Source: Anthoceros angustus (lineage: Eukaryota > Plantae > Anthocerotophyta). Taken from it: a stretch of DNA of 64,000 nt. Under the pieces are notes generated by a model. That model was not told where the DNA came from. It saw only the letters and a list, made by a program, of their open reading frames with translations, and searched no databases. The DNA is taken from assembly GCA_010909165.1 (NCBI GenBank), contig MU008163.1, positions 806,001-870,000 of the forward strand, written 5' to 3'. Below are positions 11,216 through 22,788 of the stretch, piece by piece (within the stretch, counting starts at the first letter, position 1; every line of letters begins with the position of its first letter). The position numbers and the translations under genes are program-made.

Positions 11216-13177
11216 ATGCGATCCACGAGCGTTATGGCAGGAGCTGGAGCTTTGAGAAGAACACAGCGGGTTCTTGGTTCAGCTTACCATCACAGCTTCA
11301 GATCGAGGCAGAATCAGGCAGTTTTCCACGATTTGCAGCAACAGCAGCTGCTGCCTCCTTTGCGGCATGAGGGCCGCAGGTGGAGCAGCAGTTCCGAAAA
11401 TGGAGGCACCAAGGAAGGGGTGGAAGCCGATGTTGCGATCGTGGGAGCTGGAATCGTAGGTTTGGCCACAGCTCGCGAGATTGTCCTCAAATTTCCGCGG
11501 GCCAGTGTTGTTGTGGTTGAGAAGGAGGACCGTTTGGTTCCCCATCAGACGTCGCACAACAGGTTTGTTCAATGCTTTTTGTTGATCGCGTCTTGGAATT
11601 GGTAGACCTCTACTGTTTGGTTCGTGCTCCTGTTGGTCGGGTGTCAAATTGGTAGACCCCTACTGCAACATGAGGAGCTCAAACCTGTAGATCACTGTGT
11701 CCAGTGGAGTGATCCACGCAGGGATTTACTACACGCCTGGGAGTGATATGGCCACGTTGTGTGTCGATGGCGCACGGCGGCTGTACGAATACTGTGAAAG
11801 GAAAAGCCTTCCTCACAAGCGAGTTGGAAAGCTTATTGTGGCCACCATAGAGGAGGAGTTGCCTGTCCTTCATGAGCTTTACCAACGGGCGACCACGAAT
11901 AAAGTTCAGGGACTGGAGCTGCTAAACTCGAAGCAGATTCAAGATCTGGAGCCGAATGTTAGGGCTTTACAAGCTCTTCACTCTCCGAACACAGGAATCG
12001 TGGACTATCCCTCTGTAGGACTTGCCTTTGCTGAGGAGGTTTTGGCAACGGGGCGTGGAACAATTCGCAAGGGGTACGTTTCCATGTTAGTAGTTTTTTC
12101 CGAGGTGGTTGATGCATGTAGCTTTCACCTCAGGATGTCTTGTAGGAGAATAAACTCAACTTGTGTTCCTTCTATTTGTTACAGATTCGAGGTAGTGGCT
12201 ATTGATGCGGATGAATATAGAGGAGTGGAGCTTCACAGTAAGAGTGGAAAGAAGGTGAAAGCAAGCTGGTTAATCACTTGCGGGGGTCTGTATGGTGACT
12301 ATGTTGGTCGCATGGCTGGGGGAGCAAAAGCCCCTTTGGTCCTTCCCTTTCGTGGGACGTATCATGAATTGAAGCCTGAATTTCGAAATATCATCACCCG
12401 TAACATCTATCCTGTGCCTGATCCAAAGTAAGTACCACCTTGCATCTTCGAAGGGTTGTTCTTGTGTGCTCTCCTCGAGGAACTGGAGGCTTCCGAAAAT
12501 GAGGAAGCTTCTGTTGTGGAGAAGGATTTCTAACAGTTTGTGCTCTAACAAAAGGTAGGCCATGGCTTGCAGGTTCCCCATGGTAGGTGTGCATCTGACT
12601 CCACGAGTCGATGGCAGGGTTTTGATCGGACCAAATGCTGCCCTTGCCCTGTCCAAAGAAGGGTACAAGTTTTGGGACATAAATATTAAAGATGCTGCTC
12701 GGTTTGCTGTCAACAAAGGTCTCTGGAAGCTAGTTTTGAAGAATCCTGGAATTGTCCTTCAGGAGATCTGGCGTGACCTGAGTGCACGAGCTTTTGTAGG
12801 GGAAGCACAGAGGTATGCTTGGTTGGACAATACTCCCTGTTATCCTGTCACCGACATTCCGGCAGGTAGCGTCACGCACTAACGGAGGTTATTACTCAGA
12901 AATGCTAATCTCTCAGGGCTGTTTGTGCAGGTATTGTCCATCGCTGAGAATAGAACACACCACCACTGGCTGGGCTGGTGTGCATGCTGTAGCAATAGCT
13001 GACACAGGGAAGATAATCGGCGACTTCATCTTTGAAAATGGGAAGTCTGGAAATGTGCTGAATGTTAGGAACGCTCCATCGCCAGGTTGCACTGCTTCCT
13101 TAGCAATTGCTACGGCCGTGGTAAAGCGTGCTGCAAATGACTTCAACTGGAAGGCGCATAAAAGCTTTGCACCCTGA
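11216..13177 (+). CDS. L2HGDH: L-2-hydroxyglutarate dehydrogenase/oxidase (FAD-dependent, LhgO-like), 5 exons, N-terminal organellar transit-like extension
   Basis: Exons 11216 (or 11234)-11562, 11705-12073, 12185-12427, 12573-12812, 12931-13177. Motifs: DVAIVGAGIVGLA (FAD), [43 protein letters not shown]. Confidence 0.92.
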
Positions 13178-13291
13178 TGAAGACAACTGGACAGGTTCAG
13201 GAGCATCTCTATTCCCATGTGGCGACATCATTCCACCTCTGTACAAATTACACTCAAGCCTATGTCAAAGTTAATGCAGATAAGCTACCTG

Positions 13292-15518
13292 TCACCATCG
13301 ATGCTCGCAGGAGCATACCCCGTCCACAAATTGGTGAACGCTGTGCAGATCTCGGACTATGATAACTCGTTTTTCGAACTTGGACATGATCTTAGTGCCA
13401 CTGTGGCAGTCATTGCACATTCGCAAATTTTTAGTGACTAGCAAAGGTGTGCCATCTGGAGTGTTGAGAAGGCCGAAGGCCAAAGCAAGTTTCTCAGCAT
13501 GCCCGCATAGGGCATCCTCTTTCTCTGTTTCAGAAATTGGCTTCAGCACTAAATCTGTATGTGGAACATGCCCCCCTTCCTCTTTCAGTCGCAGATTCGC
13601 ACTCTTCACTTTCGAGCAAATGTCTTCCCTGTGATCCCCCACAGTGAAAGTATGCACTTTGCTCCTCACCTCGATCCAAGCCTTAGCAGGTTTCCTAAAC
13701 GCGTTTGCAGACCTCCTCAATTCCTCTACCCTGTGTACATCATTCCACATACTTGCTTTCGCATAGATACTTGCCATTAGCACATACCCTGTTCCGTTTT
13801 CAGGCTCCAGTTTGATGAGGTGCTCGAAGCATCGCTCACCACGCTCCACATCCGTATAAGTTTTGCAAGCACTCAGCAGAGATACCCACGTTACGGCATC
13901 ACTATCACAGGGCATGGACAGCACCAGGTTTTCGGCATCGACGAGGTGGCCAGATCGAGCAAGAAGATCAACCATGCACGTGTAGTGTCGGAGAGTTGGC
14001 ACAATGCCATAGTGTTCCATCATCTTGAAATACCGCTCACCTTCTCGCACCAGGCCTCCATGGCTGCAAGCCACAAGAAGGCACGAGAAAGTTGCTTCGT
14101 CAGGCTCAACTCCATGCAGCTGCATCTCCCGGAAGCACTGCAGAGCTCGTTGGCCGTCGTTATGTTGGGCATAGCCATTGATAAGAGCATTCCAAGTCAC
14201 AACATCCGGTGCTGGAAGTCGACTTAAGGTGTTACGGGCATCCACTAAGCTGCCGCATTTTGCATACATGTCCACCAAGCTGTTGCCGATGTTCACATCC
14301 ACTTCCAGTCCTCTCTTTTGGATTTGGGAGTGGAGGTGCTTTCCTTGGACCAGAGCGCCGACACTAGCACATGCCTTCAGGAGTAAGACAAATGTGACGT
14401 TGTCGGCTGGAGCTATAGCTTCCTGTTGCATACTGCTGTAGAGAGCAAGAGCTTCTTGTCCAAGCCCCTGCTGTGCATAGCCTGCAATCATGGCAGTCCA
14501 TGTTACCACATCCCGTTTGGACAATCTGTCAAACACCCTGCGAGCATCCTCTAAGCTTCCACATTTTGCATACATGTCCACCAGGCTGCTGCCAATGACC
14601 ACATCAGATTCTAGGCGTCTTTCCCGAATTTTTGTGTGGAGCTGCTTTCCTTGATGCAAAGCTCCAGCACTGGCACATGCTTTCAGCAGGGAGAGGAGCA
14701 TGACACGACCGCCTGGAATGCCTCCTTCCTTCTGCATACTTGCATAAAGGGTGAGAGCTTCTTGACCAGCCCCATGTTGGGCATATCCTGATAACATGGC
14801 AGTCCATGACACAGCATTCCTCGAGGGCATTCGGTCAAACAATTGTCGAGCATCCTCTAGATCGCCCCTTTTCGCGTATGCACTCACAATGGCATTCCAT
14901 GTCACAATGTTCTTGCTCCGCAAAGAATCAAACACCATCCGGGCATCCTCCACATTCCCGCATGTTGCATACATGTCTATGAGGGAGCTACCCACAAACA
15001 GATTTGTCTCACCTTCGCTCCTCACAACATCCTTATGGACCTCCTTCCCGAACGTCAAATCCGCTGCACTGTTACAAGCTTTGAGGACAGCCACATACAC
15101 ATGGTTGTCCGGCTTCACCCCAGACTTCCGCATCTCCTTATACAGCTCGATGGCCTGCGCAGGCTGCCCTCGTTCAGCATGTGCCGCAATAATAGAACTC
15201 CAGGAAAAGACATCTGGTGCAACCAGATCCCTAAACACCTGTGCTGCCTCCTCCAACTTCCCATGAACAGCATACATACGGATGATCTGGTTACACAAGA
15301 ATGTGTTTGACTCATTGCCACTTCTAACACTAAGAGCATAAACACGCCTTCCAACCTCCAGATCTCTACTTTCAACGCACCTGCGAAGAACTGGGTACAG
15401 CATGTCATGTGAAACATGAGATCCATCGCTAGCTATGAGCTCCAACGCTTCAACAGCCTCACTGAGCTTCCCCTCCTCCAGGGACCTTCTCCATGTCCCA
15501 ATTTCAGGTTCTGCCACC
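13292..15518 (-). CDS. PLS-class PPR protein with E1/E2 and a C-terminal DYW:KP-type deaminase domain (organellar RNA editing factor); 5' end unresolved
   Basis: About 15 L/S/P/SS/P2/L2/S2 motifs, then E1-E2, KPAKAWIEV, LCGHAEKLA, CNDCH, and the terminus CSCEHRW. An in-phase upstream exon is possible (donor 15785, acceptor 15518) but no clean in-frame ATG or transit peptide was found. Confidence 0.95.
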
Positions 15519-15539
15519 CTGCAAAATTCAGAAAACAGT

Positions 15540-15779
15540 GAAAAAGGGCAAGTGTTCCAACATCCGACACAGTCCAATCCAGTACACAATCATCCCAAAA
15601 ACAAAAGCAGAAAAAAAACTGAGAAAGGGCAAGTGTTCCAACATCCGACACAGTCCAATCCAGTACACAATCATCCCAAAAACAAAAGCAGAAAAAAAAC
15701 TGAGAAAGGGCAAGTGTTCCAACATCCGACACAGTCCAATCCAGTACACAATCATCCCAAAAACAAAAGCAGAAAAAAC
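15540..15779. repeat. 81-bp tandem repeat x3 in the putative PPR 5' intron
   Basis: Unit gagaaagggcaagtgttccaacatccgacacagtccaatccagtacacaatcatcccaaaaacaaaagcagaaaaaaaact starts at 15540, 15621 and 15702. Confidence 0.97.
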
Positions 15780-16589
15780 CTGACCTCCTTGAACAGGCTC
15801 CAATATCGTCCTCAAGCTGGAGCAAGGCACTGCCGTGATTTCTTGAACGGTGCACGCAGTCAGGATAACCATGCTCTTTCTGCAATGTGGGCACTAATAA
15901 ATGACCCGCCACCACTTGGCCAGCTCCCCGCCCACCATGCCATCAATCTCTGAAACGGCTTACCTTGCTCCACCCGATTCCCCGCCAACGAGAGAGATCG
16001 CTCAACACTTGTGCCTCCCGTGCATTTGGCTCTACTGGAACCTCACACCCTTGCTTCTTCAGTTGCAAAAACAAGAAACAAGGAAAATGGGTGCTTCACC
16101 ATCCAGTCACACACTCACCGGACAGGCTTGCGGACGTGGATTGCTCCGCTAACCCACGTAAACCCAAGAAATGTCTCCGCCATGCTTCCACAGGGTTGCC
16201 AAATCTGCCCCTGCCTCGAACAGCACAGAAAGCAGGCCACCCACCACCTCTCCTCATGGTTCCTGGCTCTCCGTTTGTTCCAGGAACCGTTGCCAGACAG
16301 CGCCAGCTCGTCCTCGGACATTTATAGCATATACAGACGTATGCTATATATGATCAGAAGCTGACCACCTCAGCATCGAGGAGGATTGCTTTCCATATGT
16401 ACGAGATGTTCACGTCACACCAATTTCAGATGTGGAGGGTGCTGTTGTGTGCCGATTGGCGGAGGCGTCAGAGCTTGGTGCTACTCTGGTTCCGTTTGGG
16501 AGAGCTGCTTCGCTCCCCAGCTTTTGGAGAGCGGGGAGGAGCGTCTTCTCAGATGTTGTCTGCAGCCGGAGAAGCTTTGGGTTTCTAGG

Positions 16590-17546
16590 ATGGGAGGCTT
16601 GTGCAGGTGGAGATGGATTGCCTTGTGGGCTTTGTTGTTGGTGGCAGGAGTAGCCGGGAGACCGGTGGTGCGAGTACCTATGCTAAGTAGGCCAAGCGAT
16701 TGTGCATATAACAGGACCCTTGCTTTGTACCTTGCGGAATATGCCTCAGCTGTGTACATACAGGATCAGTTGTCGTTGCTGTCTTGGAGTTGCTCCAGAT
16801 GCAAGGGTTTGACGAAGGGATTTCAAATCAGGGAGCTGATTGTTGATACCGCACACTGTCTTCAGGCTTTTGTGGGGGTGGCAGAAGACCTGAAAGCGAT
16901 TGTGATTGCGGTAAGAGGAACCCAAGAGAGCAGTCTTCAGAATTGGGCCGAAGACCTCTTCTTCAAGCAACTGGATCTGAATTACCCTGGGGTGTCTGAT
17001 GCCATGGTCCATCAAGGATTCTACTCCGCTTACCATAACACTACTCTCAGACCCAGCATTCTGGAAGCTGTGCACGACATCCAGCTTAAGAGGAAGGATC
17101 TGAGCATCATGATCACAGGTCATTCTATGGGGGGAGCTGTAGCTTCCTTCATCGCCATCGACTTGGCTGCAAACTTCGGAGAACGGGATATACAGGTGGT
17201 CACGTTTGGGCAACCGAGGATAGGGAACTCTGTGTTTGCTGCATACTACAGTGCGTTGGTGCCTGCCACAATTCGCATGACTCACGCTCAAGACTTGGTT
17301 CCGCATCTTCCTCCTTACTATTCTCTTATGGCGCAGAAGACTTATCACCACTTTGCCACCGAGGTGTGGATTTACAGGATTTCCTTGGGGATCCTGAACA
17401 TGGAGTTTGAGCGTGTTTGTGATAGCTCTGGGGAAGATCCTACTTGTAGCCGGTCAGTGGTTGGAAACAGCATCTCTGATCATCTGGAATATCTTGGAGT
17501 GCGACTATGTTCAGAGGTTAGTTCTGTGCTCCATTCCTCTGCTTAG
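16590..17546 (+). CDS. Secreted class-3 lipase (alpha/beta hydrolase); catalytic region on one uninterrupted exon
   Basis: Signal-peptide-like N-terminus, IVIAVRGT, VHQGFYSAY, GHSMGG, VTFGQPRIGN, DLVPHLPP, DHLEYLG. A possible donor GAG|GTTAGT near 17517 means the C-terminus may splice further. Confidence 0.9.
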   Translation: MGGLCRWRWIALWALLLVAGVAGRPVVRVPMLSRPSDCAYNRTLALYLAEYASAVYIQDQLSLLSWSCSRCKGLTKGFQIRELIVDTAHCLQAFVGVAEDLKAIVIAVRGTQESSLQNWAEDLFFKQLDLNYPGVSDAMVHQGFYSAYHNTTLRPSILEAVHDIQLKRKDLSIMITGHSMGGAVASFIAIDLAANFGERDIQVVTFGQPRIGNSVFAAYYSALVPATIRMTHAQDLVPHLPPYYSLMAQKTYHHFATEVWIYRISLGILNMEFERVCDSSGEDPTCSRSVVGNSISDHLEYLGVRLCSEVSSVLHSSA

Positions 17547-18113
17547 AGCATTCACAACATGCCCCCATAGACTTGAAGGAAGGTCTAGTATGCTCCTTTG
17601 TCGGACCTCATCTTTCATTCAAGTGTAACATGTGTACATATCATATTCCGTCCATATGGGTCCAATGGGGTTGTTGTTGGACAACCTAGTGCACTCTCTT
17701 TAAGTGTAAACATATCGATCAATTTCTTGTCAGGTCTAGAATTCACTTTCACTCCCAACATCCCTGTTGGGGGTTTGTAAAGAATTTTTGCATCTCAGTG
17801 ACTGAGCAATTGCCACAGTCAGAAAGAGGTGTCTGTTGTGGAGTTAAAGGGTCTACCCGTCTAATAACAAAAAAATAGAGAAGAGGGTGTACCTTTCTCT
17901 TCACAAGTGGAGTTCAACAATGTGATTCAGAGATTGCTTCCTAGAAGGAGCACAAATAGAAGTTCTCCTCTGACGTGAGAATGGTGGCTTTCTGAATTTG
18001 GATATGGTGAAAGATATAGTACACCGTGGCTGCAAGCACAACCAGAATAAAATGTCCGGCAAAGTCTTGTTCAGCAGAACCTTGCAGAGGGCAGTCTCCA
18101 GTCCGCCTTAACA

Positions 18114-19763
18114 CTAGAAGAAGACTAAGTCTGTAGCGAGAGTCACCACAAATGGCTCCATGATAAGACGGGTCAAAAAATAGAAGAGGACACCCAGGGA
18201 GATGGAGATGGGCAGGGCTGGCAGGGCTCGGCGCCACACGGCTAGAAGAATGAGTGTTGCCCCTAGGCCAGCAATGATGGCTAAGTAGCATGCATACACT
18301 GTCATGAGGTCGTACATAGCTGCCCTCCCAACAAGAACACTGTAAAATATGAAGTCTCCAAGACCCAACTTGATGGCTCCCGACATGCCTAATCCAATCC
18401 CCTCGGCTTCTTCCTCCTCCATAGCTCTAACAATCTCTTGTCGTTGCGGTGCTGAATTAACAGGAGCTGCAGTGATGACAAGTGGTGATACAGCGTGGGT
18501 CCTTACAAGGGGAGCAGATTCATCATCAGAGGGAGACCCGGCCAAAGAGGATGAGACCTGCACCTGTGCCTGCGAGCCATCCAATGGGTCTAGGCCTGGC
18601 CCCATCAAACAGAGCACCACAAGAATCAGGTAACGCTAAAGAGGTACATCTGATGCAGTCGAGCTACATGGGGAAAAGCAATCTCTAATTCCTCAGAAAG
18701 AAACAAGTATCTTCCCATCCTACAGACCAAACAAAAAGAGACGTCAAGACGAGATTTTGCAAAAATCACCCTTACCATTGGCTGATCTAAAGTTTTGTGA
18801 TCCGTTCCCTTCATTCTGCGGACTTCGATCTGTTGTGCTTGCCAGCCCAAGCTCAGCATCCAAGCTGTGAGTCACCAAATGTGAAGCTCCATCCTGTCTC
18901 ACCGGTGCAGACGCAAAGACACTCTTCAGCCGACTCAGTACTGATGGTCTCTCTTGTTGAGCTGCTGGGGAGGTCACTCTCCGCCGATTCCACCTTCGCC
19001 TCTGACCTTCGCAAGGTGCTGAAGAAGATCTGGGGGAGACTTGAGAGCTGAACTCCACCGTACCCGAGGGAACCCTGGAGGAAGCGATAGGCCGTGACTC
19101 ATAGATCAACGCTGGAATATCTTCATCCCTAGCTACGGCCAGCTCCACAAGCATGTTAAGAGGCCCTCCAGGCACCAACACAGCTAGAACATCATACACA
19201 GCCATAGCCATGAGCAGAGTCCAGGTAGTCCACTCAGGCAGCATGGTGAACCAAAATGCCACCAACATCCCTATCATGACAAGGTAGCCCTGGGTGAAGA
19301 CAATGGGCATCCGGCAGAAAAACACTGCCAACACCCCGACAACTGCAAAATTGAGCAGCACAATGGAAAAGGTGATCACGTCAATTGGAATAGACCACTC
19401 CTGCACCATCATCACCCCCAATGCACCTCCCATGTAAGCCAAAACAGTGAAAGCAGAAAACCCCATATAACCCCGCAGACACTTGGTGCACCGGAAGTAG
19501 AAGAGAGCTACAAGCATGAAAGTAACGATGGTGACGATCACCACAAACACAAGAGCATTCAGCAATGCTCCTTCGAATTTCTGCCCCGTCGTGTCCGTGT
19601 CCTTCTCCTCGTAAACCAGCATGGCTATGCTGGAAACGGAGGAATCAGATCCATGCGGATTCAAGCTGTGCACCAGAAGAACCACCAGAAGCATGCATAT
19701 CGAGACGGGGCTCACAATTCCGATAACTTCTGCCCCAACAGTCTCCAGCAAGCTTCCCTCCAT
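18114..19763 (-). CDS. PSEN: Presenilin (gamma-secretase catalytic subunit), 2 exons
   Basis: Exons 19763-18776 and 18595-18114 join in frame. Multiple TM helices, YDVLAVL (TM6 Asp), [11 protein letters not shown] (TM7 GxGD) and the PALP motif. Confidence 0.95.
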
Positions 19764-20165
19764 GGCAGCAGATCCCTACGATAAAAAATCATCTGCTGCT
19801 CCTCCTCCTCAACATGTTCTCAGGAAATTCCCATCATGCACCAATTTCATCAACAAGACAGCATGCATGCACCATTTTGGAAAGACCTAACAAATCCAAG
19901 AAAGCACCGAGTGACGCCTCGCACTCATCCAAACAAATCGCACCCCGCAGTGTGATACAGAACGTGGCTTGGGAAGGTGGTCTCCGAAGGCAGTCGTGAA
20001 ACACTGAACGGAGGGAAGAAACTAGTTAAGAAGACTGAAGAAGAAGAAAGAGGGTTAAGGAGGGTTACGTTAACTCCTTGATATTAGCAGTGGGTAAACT
20101 TCAAAGCTAGAGCCTTTAGTAGTTAGGACGTCGGAGCGTGAAGTGTGCTCACCTGCAGGCGAGGG

Positions 20166-21824
20166 ATGGCGGCGTTGCAGTATCTGGAACAGCAGCGGGC
20201 AGCGCAACCGGAGCTGGCGGAATGGTACACTTCCCTGGCGGATTTGTATCAGCGGAGGCTATGGCACCAGCTGACGCAGAAGCTGGATCAGTTCATTGCT
20301 TTGATGGTATTACAGGTGCCTGCCGTGGTTTCGTGTCTTGCGTTGCTAGGGTTTGGTGTGGCTGAGCTGTGGGAGGATTTTGCAGGCGGGGGATGCGCTC
20401 ATCCAGCTCTACCACAATTTCATCACCGATTTTGAGACTAAGATTAATTTGTTGAAGCTTGCACACTTTGCGGTCATCGTATCCCGGCAGTATGCGGAGG
20501 AGGAAATGGCTATTCGGTATCTGGAAGATGTTATAGAGAAGCTGCGGGCATCTCGGGAACGGCGGGTTGAGGAGCCTGTGCTGTACGTGAAGATGCAGAT
20601 TGCGGCATTGAGGCTGCGGAGGGGAGAGCACAAGGAGTGCAAGAAGCTGTTAGAGGAGGGAAGGAGCACTTTGGACAGCATGACAGATGTGGATCCTTCT
20701 GTGCATGCTAGTGTGCACTGGGTTTCGTCTCAGTACCATAAGTCGAGGCAGGAGTTCGCCGAGTTCTATAAAACGGCACTCTTGTATTTGGCATACACCT
20801 CCGTGGACTCGTTGGCAGAGAACTTCAAGCTGGTATGATTTCTTCATAGGGACGGGCAAATTTTTAGGTCTTGACCCGGTCTGAGTGCCGGATTTGACCA
20901 TATTTGTGTTTTGGCTTGCAGGACCTGGCCGCTGACTTGTCCTTAGCTGCGTTGCTGGGTGACAACATCTACAACTTCGGGGAGCTTCTTGCACACCCCA
21001 TCGTAAGTGGGGCATGGCCTTGTTTGTCCTTCCCTTCCTTCACACGCTAGGTCAAAACCTTATTGCGACTTCGTTTCTCCTGCTTGCTGTGACTGCAGGT
21101 CAAGAGCCTTTTACATACAAGTGTGGAGTGGCTCTACTATGTGTTGCAAGCTTTCAACGAGGGCAATCCTACAAAGTACAAGGAGCTCTGTCATACTCAT
21201 CAATCTGCACTGAACGAGCAGCCGGCTCTGGTAGCCAACGAGCGGAAGTTATGGGAGAAAATTAACATCCTGTGTCTGATGGAGCTCATTTTCAGGTAAC
21301 ACTCTTGCCATTTTTGTGGGTAAGGTCCTCAGGAGTCCTTGAAATAACCAGCATGCGATTGGCTGGCAGCATGGACTGACCTGTCCGTCTGTATTGCAGT
21401 CGGCCTTCGGAAGACAGGACGATACCGCTAAGTGTAATTGCTGAGAGGACAAAGCTGGAGCTAAACGAGGTTGAATTTCTTCTGATCAAAAGCCTCTCGG
21501 TATGTCTTTTCCGGGCCAAGTTCATGAGCTCTGCCAAATTGACACGTTCTCAAGCAATGCTTCTCATGTTCTATCAATCACAGGGAGCCCACCCCCTTGC
21601 CTCACACTCTCCACCTGCACTCTGCTGATCTGTTTCAGGTACATCTGATCGAAGGAGTGATCGACCAAGTGGACGGAACTGTGAGCGTCTCGTGGGTGCA
21701 GCCAAGAGTGCTTGGTGTCCCACAAATTGCAGCGTTGAGGGATAGGCTCGACACCTGGCTACAAAAAGTGCACACAACTTTGCTAGCAGTAGAGGCAGAG
21801 ACACCAGATTTGGTAGCCGCGTAA
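20166..21824 (+). CDS. RPN9: 26S proteasome lid subunit RPN9/PSMD13 (PCI domain), 6 exons, 386 aa
   Basis: Exons 20166-20315, 20386-20832, 20922-21002, 21099-21295, 21400-21499, 21639-21824 (1161 nt). Motifs: MAALQYLE..LWHQLT, ETKINLLKLAHFA, HLIEGVIDQVDGTVSVSWVQPRVL. Confidence 0.95.
20348..20355 (-). promoter_or_regulatory. Telo-box (AAACCCTA) in RPN9 intron 1; further copies near 28399, 28902 and 28966
   Basis: TAGGGTTT read directly. Telo-boxes are known near the 5' ends of plant housekeeping genes; function here is untested. Confidence 0.4.
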
Positions 21825-22306
21825 AAGTAGGTATCAAACCTCAAACCTCCATTCTTCTTTTCCAGTCGGCTGCAATTCATCCCTGAATGAGAAATACATG
21901 AAGGAGACTGCTACGGTGCAAGACTGTCCCCAAATTGCTTCATCTTTTGTGGCTCCTTTCTGGAAGGCGTCGTACCATATCCTTAACATTGAGTAGTTGG
22001 TGTGCAGTATTCCCCTGCCACGCGAGAACGTGGACAAGTACCAACCCTGCGGAGTTGCTCACTCCGATGCCCGTACCGTACCTGCGGCGTCTCGCACCGG
22101 CCCGCACGATTCTACGACACCTGCTATTGGCCCGTTTCACACGCGGGCTATCAGTGGCTCACCGCCTCTTTCCCATCTCTGAACGCTGGACGCTGCCAGA
22201 TGCAGGGCCTAATTGTGGAAGTGCTGGCGATGAGTGGGCCCTGGATGTCGTCGCCTCGTCTGTGTCTTCTACTGTCTCCAGTTGGAAGGTAGCTTTCGGC
22301 AGGTAC

Positions 22307-22454
22307 ATTGTTGTGCATCCTTCTCTCCCCTGTTAGCCATTCGGCATTGTTGTGCTTCCTTCTCTCCTGCTGGTCATTTGGCATTGTTGTGCTTCCTTCC
22401 CTCCTGTTAGCCATTCGGCATTGTTGTGCTTCCTTCTCTCCTGTTAGCCATTCG
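22307..22454. repeat. ~37-bp tandem repeat, ~4 copies (cctgttagccattcggcattgttgtgcttccttctct)
   Basis: Directly visible between RPN9 and the SCPL gene. Confidence 0.9.
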
Positions 22455-22788
22455 GGGAAACCGCCGTTTTAGCAAGGTGTCCTGGACCAAATTTGTCGCA
22501 TGTTCCATCCATGGGCCTATCCTTCTCAAGCTCCGCTCATCCACTGGAGTAAGCCTGGCGCTGCTAAGTCGGCGCCGCTTGCTTGCAAGCAATGTTGTGA
22601 GGGTAGGTCGTAGGTGTCTTTGACCCGACATCCTCGTAGACCTTCTTCTTGGCTTGCTTGCAATTGCTTGCTGGGAAGGCCGAATTCGTACCCTCCATAA
22701 CGCAACTGATAGGCTTGGAATGCGCCTGTTAGAACTATTCTTGCTTTCCTACCTCTTTTCCTCGTACAATCTTTCCCCGGTACAGGAG

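Noticed and set aside
13177-15310. Plus-strand ORFs overlapping the PPR (and similar shadow ORFs over the P450, presenilin, lipase and TE genes)
   Set aside because: Antisense or alternate-frame by-products of GC-rich coding sequence, with no motifs of their own.
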